28,883 nt of DNA, taken from positions 1 through 28,883 of the forward strand of contig MEHH01000005.1 of assembly GCA_001940755.1 (NCBI GenBank). The letters run 5' to 3'. Position 1 is the first letter of the stretch, and each line of letters begins with the position of its first letter. This stretch comes from Candidatus Heimdallarchaeota archaeon AB_125 (GTDB lineage: Archaea > Asgardarchaeota > Heimdallarchaeia > Heimdallarchaeales > Heimdallarchaeaceae). Both the position numbers and the translations under genes were made by a program. Shown one piece after another: positions 15,403 to 28,883 of the stretch. The notes under the pieces are model-generated. The model was not told the DNA's origin. It ran no database searches and saw only the letters and a list, made by a program, of their open reading frames with translations.

Positions 15403-15554
15403 TTACTTAAAAAAGGCTATGTTTGTTGAGAAATTATTTATGTATATATTGTTAAAAATAATATGTAAATTAGTCAAATATGTCTTCAAAAAATCATTTC
15501 AAAATGCAATTGTGATAGAAAGATTTTTGGATAGAATATTTTACTGCAATGTAA

Positions 15555-16220
<666 letters not shown>

Positions 16221-16228
16221 TTTTGCAT

Positions 16229-16588
<360 letters not shown>

Positions 16589-16730
16589 TTAAACCAGAAC
16601 GATTCGAAGCAATATTGCTAATTTTTAAGTTTTGTGTTCAAAAAATGGAGAACCATCCAAGAACTGAATCTAATGCTGGATTAGGTCGGGATAAGGATTT
16701 TTGTATCACAAAAACTTATATCCATAGTAG

Positions 16731-17156
<426 letters not shown>

Positions 17157-17165
17157 AAATCTTTC

Positions 17166-17444
<279 letters not shown>

Positions 17445-17456
17445 TATATAGTCTAC

Positions 17457-17491
<35 letters not shown>

Positions 17492-17516
17492 AATAGGGAG
17501 ATTATAGAATTAACCA

Positions 17517-17600
<84 letters not shown>

Positions 17601-17653
17601 TTTTTATTTAATCGTTAAGGAACTGATTTTCTTTATCAAATCTCCATCTTTAA

Positions 17654-21088
<3,435 letters not shown>

Positions 21089-21213
21089 TCAAATGGGTTT
21101 TTCCTATAGTTTTGATTTTTATATTTAATCATATGTTATTTTGTTAACATTTTCGTCCAACTACCCACGATAAACCTTAAGAATTAGCTAATAATCAATA
21201 TCAATGTCGCGAC

Positions 21214-22719
<1,506 letters not shown>

Positions 22720-22720
<1 letters not shown>

Positions 22721-23220
22721 TGAGTTTAGTAATCATATATATATTCATGATTCTTGCGATTCTAGCAGCAATCTTTGCATTGGAATGCAGACGACTAATG
22801 TTCTCAATAATTGGTTTGATTGCTATGAATCTATTTCTCTGGGTATTGTTACTGACACTTAACGCTACATTTCTAGCGTGGGTACAACTCATAATATATG
22901 GTGGTGGATTTACAGCACTATTCGTTGTAGTTGTAGCTTTAACAGAAAAACAGAGAGATGAATCATTCGATTGGAAAAGATCTGTAATCGCTCTTGGTAT
23001 AGTAGCTGCACTAATGGGTGTAGCAATATGGGCAGTTACAGCTTCAGGTCTAAGTGTTACAATTGGAACAAGCACTATAGGGGATTCCCTACGTGCTCTA
23101 TGGAACGAAAGATTAACTGATTTGATACTACAAGCTGTTGTATTCTTCGCAACAACTGTAGGAGTTGGATCATTGTTTATACATCATAAGAAGAAACAAA
23201 AGAAGGAGGCAAAAGCATGA
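22720..23220 (+). CDS. NuoJ-like membrane subunit
   Basis: The 166-aa protein has about 5 TM segments, and the central WVQLIIYGGGFTALFVVVV resembles the NuoJ core. Its position between the A-like and K-like genes supports the call. The start overlaps the upstream stop by 1 nt (TAATG). Confidence 0.7.
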
Positions 23221-23531
23221 TAGAACAATTACACTTACTGATTCTTGGCATTGTCTTATTCGGTGTAGGCTTGTATGCATTACTTGGTAAAAGAAATATC
23301 ATCAAGATTCTTATGGGTATTGAAATAATGACAATAGCTATAAATCTGGTATTTATCTCATTGGGAGCCAACAGCACAAATGAGATGTTTACTCAGTTTG
23401 CACAGATCTTTCCGTTGATATCAATCGCTATTGGTGCAGCAGTACTTGCTGTAGGATTAGCAATAGCCATCAATAACTATCGTCACGCTCACAGCTTGGA
23501 TACAGATGAGATGGCTACATTGAAGAGGTGA
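23217..23531 (+). CDS. NuoK-like membrane subunit
   Basis: The 104-aa protein has 3 TM segments, with a membrane-embedded Glu in LMGIEIMTIAINL typical of NuoK/MbhG/MrpC. It overlaps the upstream gene by 4 nt (ATGA). Confidence 0.8.
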   Translation: MIEQLHLLILGIVLFGVGLYALLGKRNIIKILMGIEIMTIAINLVFISLGANSTNEMFTQFAQIFPLISIAIGAAVLAVGLAIAINNYRHAHSLDTDEMATLKR

Positions 23532-23537
23532 TAAAAA

Positions 23538-25373
23538 ATGGTACAAACAATAATACTATTCGCAATAATTTCTGTCGCAGTGCCTATAATTGGTTCTTTT
23601 CTATCATTACTATTAAAGAAATTCCCAACAGTTAGAGACTTCTTCAGTGTATCTACAATAGCAGTATCAGCAATAATGTCAATCTTGATATTTGGAACTT
23701 ATAGCGGAGAAACCAGTTATACCTTAGATTGGTTAAATTGGGGAAGCAATAAATCAGGAATTTTCCTTGATTCTTTGTCTGTTATAATGGTACTAATAGT
23801 ATCGATTTTGAGTATGCTAATTGCATTCTTCTCAATTGAATACATGAAAGATGATGAACACAAAGCAAGATATTGGTTCTTCATTCAAATGTTTGTTGGA
23901 GGTATGCTCCTATTAGTTATAGCACAAGATTTGGTATTATTATTCCTTGGATGGGAAATAGTAGGACTTTGTTCTTGTTTCCTGATCGGTCACTACTTCA
24001 TGAAGAAGGGTGAAGAAGGAGAAAAACCTGCAAAGAGCGGAATTAAAGCTCTAATTATGACTGGTATTGGTGATGTTGGATTACTAGCATTCTTAGCTTG
24101 GGTTTATTACGAGAATAAGAAGCTTGGAATGAGCAATCCGTTACTCTTGGATACATCAACCCCACTTGGGGGAACTTTCCCAATTGTAATGAGCATTCTA
24201 TTACTCTTAGCTCCAATTACAAAATCTGCACAATTCCCATTACAATCATGGTTAAGTGCGGGTGATACGGTTGATATAGACGCAATGCAAGGTCCAACTA
24301 CAGTTTCAGCATTAATACATGCAGCAACAATGGTTAAGGCTGGTGTCTACCTAGTTGCAAGATTCTCACCCATCTGGGATAATGAGTTCTTCTACATTGT
24401 GTTAATGATAATCGCTGGAGTTTCATGTGTGCTTGCTGCATTCGGAGCATTAGTTACGACAGATCTCAAAAGAGTTCTTGCATACAGTACAATCTCACAG
24501 CTCAGTTACATGTTCCTAGCCTTTACAATTAGAGAAGATCACGGAGCTGGTTTAATCCCAGGACAAATGCATCTATTTTCTCACTCAATCTTCAAAGCTC
24601 TACTGTTCTTGTCAGCAGGTGCAATAATTCACTCTGTTGCAGAAGAAAGAGATATGAAGAAAATGGGTGGTCTCAGAAAAGAACTACCCTGGATCTACGG
24701 ATTCATGCTAATCGGTGTTCTAGGTTTAATGGGTATACCTATTATAACAAACGGTGGTTATTCGAAAGAGATGATAATAACTGCTGCTTATGAAGCTGCA
24801 GTTGTTGATGGAGCTGTTATGCACTGGTTTACATTCGCTGTAGGTGTTTTAGTAGCGTTCTTAACTACTCTATATGCTGCAAGAATGTTCTTGATGATCT
24901 TCCATGGTAAGAATCGAGGAGCTCATGTACATAAACCAAAATATATCATGAGAATAGTTGTAGGTATTTTAGCAGTTCTAGTAGTAGCTACTGGTTTCTT
25001 AATTGAAGGTCCAATTAGCAACTTCTTCACTGGAGATACAGGATATAGTCTAATACACGTTGTATTAGTTCCATTCTTATGTGCAATTGGTGCAATCATT
25101 CTTGGTTTAGGCCTAGCTTATCTGTTATACGGCAAAGGACAAACTGAAGTAGGCTTTGTTGAAAACATTGGTGTTTTCAGAGCTCTTAGAACCTATGTAG
25201 CAAACGGATTCTACATAGATCATTTCTACAACAAAGTATTTGTCAAACCAGTTTTCTGGATTGGTAAGAAACTATCATTCTTCAAGACTGGTAAAATTAA
25301 CTGGAACATGATCTTTGGAGGAGTTGTAGCGCTATTTGTAGTAGTGATTACATTAGTGGTGGTGATTGTCTAA
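23538..25373 (+). CDS. NuoL-like antiporter-type subunit (Mrp/MnhA-D family) with C-terminal extension
   Basis: The translation has GWEIVGLCSCFLIGHYF, TKSAQFPLQSWL and HAATMVKAGVYL motifs. At 611 aa it includes a long C-terminal segment ending in one more TM, comparable to the NuoL lateral-helix arrangement. An SD (GAGGTGA) lies upstream. Confidence 0.88.
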   Translation: MVQTIILFAIISVAVPIIGSFLSLLLKKFPTVRDFFSVSTIAVSAIMSILIFGTYSGETSYTLDWLNWGSNKSGIFLDSLSVIMVLIVSILSMLIAFFSIEYMKDDEHKARYWFFIQMFVGGMLLLVIAQDLVLLFLGWEIVGLCSCFLIGHYFMKKGEEGEKPAKSGIKALIMTGIGDVGLLAFLAWVYYENKKLGMSNPLLLDTSTPLGGTFPIVMSILLLLAPITKSAQFPLQSWLSAGDTVDIDAMQGPTTVSALIHAATMVKAGVYLVARFSPIWDNEFFYIVLMIIAGVSCVLAAFGALVTTDLKRVLAYSTISQLSYMFLAFTIREDHGAGLIPGQMHLFSHSIFKALLFLSAGAIIHSVAEERDMKKMGGLRKELPWIYGFMLIGVLGLMGIPIITNGGYSKEMIITAAYEAAVVDGAVMHWFTFAVGVLVAFLTTLYAARMFLMIFHGKNRGAHVHKPKYIMRIVVGILAVLVVATGFLIEGPISNFFTGDTGYSLIHVVLVPFLCAIGAIILGLGLAYLLYGKGQTEVGFVENIGVFRALRTYVANGFYIDHFYNKVFVKPVFWIGKKLSFFKTGKINWNMIFGGVVALFVVVITLVVVIV

Positions 25374-26872
25374 TGAACCCATATCTATCCTTAATACTGA
25401 TAATACCAATTGCTGGTGCAGGGCTTTTAGCACTGTTTGAGCAATTGAAGAAATTCTTAGCAAAATGGAAAATCTGTACTGATTGTATAAACCACGCTTT
25501 AGCAAGTATAATTGCTTTAGGAGTCTTTGGACTTTCTATTGTTGCAGCTTTCGTACCTTCATTCTTAACATGGCTTGAATCATTTTATAATGGAGGACTA
25601 CTAAGATTTGGACAACTTGAAGCAGTGCTTATTGCAATATTCAGTTTCCTTGTCTTGATGGTAACAATATTCAGTGTTAACTACATGAAAGGCAAAAATG
25701 GAATTGGTTACTACTATGCTCTAATCTTTACACTTCTCACTGGTTTAAGTACTGTAACTATGGCAAACAACTTCATCACACTATTTGTTGGATGGGAACT
25801 GTTTGCTTTAAGTGCATATGTACTTGTATCTTTTGAGAGAGCAAAGAGAGGTGCAGTAGAAGCTTCAATGAAATACTTCATTATGTCTACTGCTGGTAGT
25901 ATGCTAGTTTTACTTGCTACAGCTTTAACTTACGGAATTTATGGAACTGTTGAATATACAGCTATTGCTGCATCTACAACTCCAATTGCCGCTATAATCA
26001 TGGCATTGTTTGTTGTTGGTTTCGCAGTAACAGCAGCTATGCTTTTACTAAATGCTTGGTTGCCAGATGCCCACAGCTCTGCCCCATCAACTATTTCAGC
26101 ATTACTTTCTGGAATCGTTGTTAAAGCAGGTGCAATAGGTATCTATAGAACCTTATACTTTGCATTCTCCCCAGCTGCGTTAAGTGCTGCAACTGGAGCA
26201 GTTGTCTCCTGGTTAGGTATCTTGACTATGATTGAAGGAAATTTCTTAGTATTTGCTCAATTCAAGCGTAAAGATATTGTTGATTTCAAGAGAATCTTAG
26301 CTTATTCAACAACAGTACATCTTGGTTACATCATACTAGGAATCGGATCCATGGCTCCTGATGCTTTAGGAGTTCAAGCTTCAGTATTCCACATACTAAC
26401 TCATTCTCTAGGAAAGGGTGGTCTGTTCTTGCTCAGTGGAGTTTTGATTACAGCACTTGGTTCAAGAGATATGAGAAAGATGATTGGTATTGGAAGAAGA
26501 TCACCATTTATTGGTATAGTCTTAACAGTTGGTTTACTTTCATTAGGAGGTATTCCTATAACTGCTGGATTTGCATCAAAACTAATGGTAATTCTTGCAA
26601 CATTCAATGGTGGAGCTAACGCTGTTAATCCTTTAATGTTTATCAACAGTATTCTGTTAGTAATTATGGCTATCATTAACTCCTTGCTAGCTTTAGGAGG
26701 ATATCTGTATATTCTAAAGAAAATGCTCTTTGATGAACCAGATGGTGAAGATACAGGCAAGATAAAAATACCAATATTCCAAAAAATAGCTTTAGCTATA
26801 ATTGTAGTTGTTCTAATAGTTCTTGGTTTATGGCCAGATCTTATTGTGAGCAAAATAGCACTTATAGTATAA
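25373..26872 (+). CDS. NuoN/NuoM-like antiporter-type subunit
   Basis: The translation has GWELFALSAYVLVSF, a MKYFIMSTAGS-type motif, LPDAHSSAPSTISALLSGIVVKAG and KRILAYSTTVHLGYI. The start overlaps the upstream stop by 1 nt (TAATG). Confidence 0.88.
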   Translation: MNPYLSLILIIPIAGAGLLALFEQLKKFLAKWKICTDCINHALASIIALGVFGLSIVAAFVPSFLTWLESFYNGGLLRFGQLEAVLIAIFSFLVLMVTIFSVNYMKGKNGIGYYYALIFTLLTGLSTVTMANNFITLFVGWELFALSAYVLVSFERAKRGAVEASMKYFIMSTAGSMLVLLATALTYGIYGTVEYTAIAASTTPIAAIIMALFVVGFAVTAAMLLLNAWLPDAHSSAPSTISALLSGIVVKAGAIGIYRTLYFAFSPAALSAATGAVVSWLGILTMIEGNFLVFAQFKRKDIVDFKRILAYSTTVHLGYIILGIGSMAPDALGVQASVFHILTHSLGKGGLFLLSGVLITALGSRDMRKMIGIGRRSPFIGIVLTVGLLSLGGIPITAGFASKLMVILATFNGGANAVNPLMFINSILLVIMAIINSLLALGGYLYILKKMLFDEPDGEDTGKIKIPIFQKIALAIIVVVLIVLGLWPDLIVSKIALIV

Positions 26873-26904
26873 TCTATTTTTCTTTTTCCTCTTTTTCTTT
26901 TATC
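26873..26904 (+). terminator. oligo-T/pyrimidine tract after the membrane-arm operon
   Basis: The sequence tctatttttctttttcctctttttctttta follows directly after the stop at 26872. Confidence 0.4.
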
Positions 26905-26990
26905 TTAATCTCAAATGATGATGACAGAAGATTTTCAAACTCTATGTATTTTAAGAAAATAATATAACAAAGTAGGTTACTCAAACAATC

Positions 26991-27362
26991 ATGATTTTAG
27001 AAATAATATCAGGAGTTTTTTCAATTAGTGCAGGTACTATAACTGCTTTACTCTGGATAATAGTGCTTCTAAAAAAGAAAGCCAACTTGTTTATTGAACA
27101 TCCGTTTGAAAGATTATTTCATATCACAGCTGAGTTTATAATGGCGACTCTAGCAATTGTTGGAGGGATTGCATTAATACTAGAGTTAACTTGGGGATTG
27201 TATATGTTCTTATTTGCAATGGGACTAATTTTATATGCAATAGTGAATGCTATAGGAATTTATGGAAAAAAGGAGTACACATTACTACTTGTTGTACTGG
27301 TTTCTTCTGCAATAATAACACTTACTCTAGCAATTGTAGATTTTGTAATATTAGTATTCTAA
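26991..27362 (+). CDS. small integral membrane protein (about 4 TM), unknown function
   Basis: ATG start. The 123-aa product is almost entirely hydrophobic. A ~118-nt gap and a T-tract separate it from the nuo-like operon. Confidence 0.55.
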   Translation: MILEIISGVFSISAGTITALLWIIVLLKKKANLFIEHPFERLFHITAEFIMATLAIVGGIALILELTWGLYMFLFAMGLILYAIVNAIGIYGKKEYTLLLVVLVSSAIITLTLAIVDFVILVF

Positions 27363-27371
27363 ATACTTACA

Positions 27372-27827
27372 TTAATCTTCATGCTTAATATCTTCACCAA
27401 TACTATACAAGTATATCATGGATGTTTTAGGTCCCATTCGCTCAAAACGTTTGGATAACTCCTTCTTAACGTGTTTATAGTTTTCAGATGTGTCTAGATT
27501 GTCCATAAAATCCCTGAATGACCCATACTCTTCATGAATTTCAGAAAAGACCATTGCATTAATTATTGCAGCTTCAATTTTTGCTCTGTTGCGGATTATT
27601 CCTTTGTCTTGGAGCAAACGTTCAATATCATCTTCATCAAACTTACTGACTGTTTCTATATCAAAATCCTTGAAGGCTTTCTTAAAATTAGACCACCTAT
27701 CAGAAATAAGCTTCCAGCTTAACCCTGCTTGAAAAACACATCTAGCCATGTTTTCAAAATGAGCATTATCGTTAGGAGGTACTGAATCTCTGAAAAACCA
27801 TCCAGTTCGAACATTGTCTTCAGGCAT
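27372..27827 (-). CDS. tag: DNA-3-methyladenine glycosylase I (Tag) family protein, short form
   Basis: The segment FQAGLSWKLISDRWSNFKKAFKDFD...DDIERLLQDKGIIRNRAKIEAAIINA parallels E. coli Tag (QAGLSW...FD...ED.ERL..D.GIIR.R.KI.A.I.NA). Confidence 0.75.
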   Translation of the reverse strand: MPEDNVRTGWFFRDSVPPNDNAHFENMARCVFQAGLSWKLISDRWSNFKKAFKDFDIETVSKFDEDDIERLLQDKGIIRNRAKIEAAIINAMVFSEIHEEYGSFRDFMDNLDTSENYKHVKKELSKRFERMGPKTSMIYLYSIGEDIKHED

Positions 27828-27916
27828 GTGCTAACACTTCAATCCTAGATTATTATTGTTGTCATTTCTCAAAAATTAAAAAATATTTCTCCTATAGAGG
27901 TTTTAAATTGTGGTTT

Positions 27917-28660
27917 TTAGCTATCCACTGTTTCTGCAATATAAGAAACTCTAGTTTGTTTTTTGTAATCCTTTATCTCTCCTCTATCGATTACATCCTC
28001 ATCATTCCAGTTTATCTGTTTGAATTTGAACCCATAATCTAGCAAAAGAGATTCTACAAGCGATTTGTTAGGCATCCCTACTAGGTTTGATGAACCAAAT
28101 GATGCCATATCAAAATCTTGATCTTCATGATAAAAAACCATGTATCCGGCAATTTTTTTGGTTTCCCTTCGACGAATGCCGTGAAGTTCAGCTTCAGGTA
28201 GTTGAAAATCTTCAACAAAGGTATCCAGTATCAAATATCTGGGTTTAATATCTGTTATTAAATCAAGTAATTCTGTTTGATTTTTTATGTGATAAAAAAA
28301 TCCAAAGCAAAGAATTGTGTCAAATTGTTCTTCTTCAACTTCTGATAAATAATCAAATGCGTCATCTATTACAAACTTATATTGAGTTTCTGTACAACCC
28401 AAAGATTTCAGGTTTTCATTAGCATCACTAACTAGATTAGATCGTGGCTCAACACCTACTACATACTGTGCGCCCAGTTTTAAGCAAGCATATGTAAATA
28501 AACCATCATGACTCGCTAAATCAAGAACTCTTTTATTACGGATTGCATGACTATTACGGGTTAGAAGCATTTCACAGCGATAGTTTAGCCGATTAATATC
28601 CTTTTTTACGCGACAAGTCTTTAAGAAGGGGGTATTTTGATACTCTATAGTAAAATTCAT
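27917..28660 (-). CDS. class I SAM-dependent methyltransferase
   Basis: Motif I-like VLDLASHDGLF, post-I VVGVEPR and motif II-like FDTILCFGFFYHI are present. The ATG at 28660 (MNFTIEY) has a better-spaced GAGGA upstream than the TTG at 28669 used by the ORF track. Confidence 0.7.
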   Translation of the reverse strand: MNFTIEYQNTPFLKTCRVKKDINRLNYRCEMLLTRNSHAIRNKRVLDLASHDGLFTYACLKLGAQYVVGVEPRSNLVSDANENLKSLGCTETQYKFVIDDAFDYLSEVEEEQFDTILCFGFFYHIKNQTELLDLITDIKPRYLILDTFVEDFQLPEAELHGIRRRETKKIAGYMVFYHEDQDFDMASFGSSNLVGMPNKSLVESLLLDYGFKFKQINWNDEDVIDRGEIKDYKKQTRVSYIAETVDS

Positions 28661-28883
28661 TTCTTTCAAGAATCCTCTTCAAATTTAGATTAATAACAAT
28701 TTCCCCAAATAAATACAAATTATCCGTAGCAATACCTCATAAATAAGTGATCTTCTCTTAGTTCTTGAGATTTTCATAGATTTGATTAATCTCGAAGCAC
28801 AGAAATATATGCTTATATGGCTTCCTGTGCAAATTTTTAAAGGTTAATTTGGGATGACCAAAAATGCTGATTTTTGCGCTCTT

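Noticed and set aside
28670-28883. Possible gene start near the right edge (ATG at ~28855 or 28863, plus strand)
   Set aside because: Fewer than 10 codons are visible, so the call cannot be supported.

Overview
This is an AT-rich, gene-dense chromosomal window that looks archaeal. The evidence is a 5S sequence signature of the archaeal type (CCCAUUCCGAAC / AAGUUAAG), oligo-T tracts after operons, GGTGA/GGAGG ribosome-binding sites and many 1-4 nt gene overlaps. No CRISPR array, transposase, integrase or long repeat was seen.

Gene content:
1. hypD (5'-truncated), hypC, an orphan ORF, then NuoC-, NuoD-, NuoI- and NuoB-like genes. Together these form the catalytic module of a group-4 (energy-converting, complex-I-related) [NiFe]-hydrogenase with intact Ni-Fe cysteine ligands.
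2. A mixed block: APH-like kinase, MFS transporter, an acidic disordered protein, a Cys-rich wHTH regulator divergent from a thioredoxin, gyrB-gyrA, a MiaB/MtaB-like radical-SAM methylthiotransferase, an OB-fold/winged-helix protein and YccF.
3. Two RNA genes: a 5S rRNA on the minus strand and a divergent tRNA-Ser(GCU).
4. hypE-hypF followed by a translationally coupled NuoH-A-J-K-L-N-like membrane operon.
5. A small membrane protein, a Tag-family glycosylase and a class I methyltransferase.

The most unusual observation is that the 5S rRNA gene appears circularly permuted. The canonical 3' two-thirds is encoded upstream of the canonical 5' third, helix I is capped by a hairpin, and the new ends are held by an 11-12 bp stem.

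The second notable point is that the hydrogenase is split into two hyp-flanked loci about 16.5 kb apart, and its membrane arm has complex-I-like gene content and order.

All calls come from reading the sequence and translations by eye. No database search was run.
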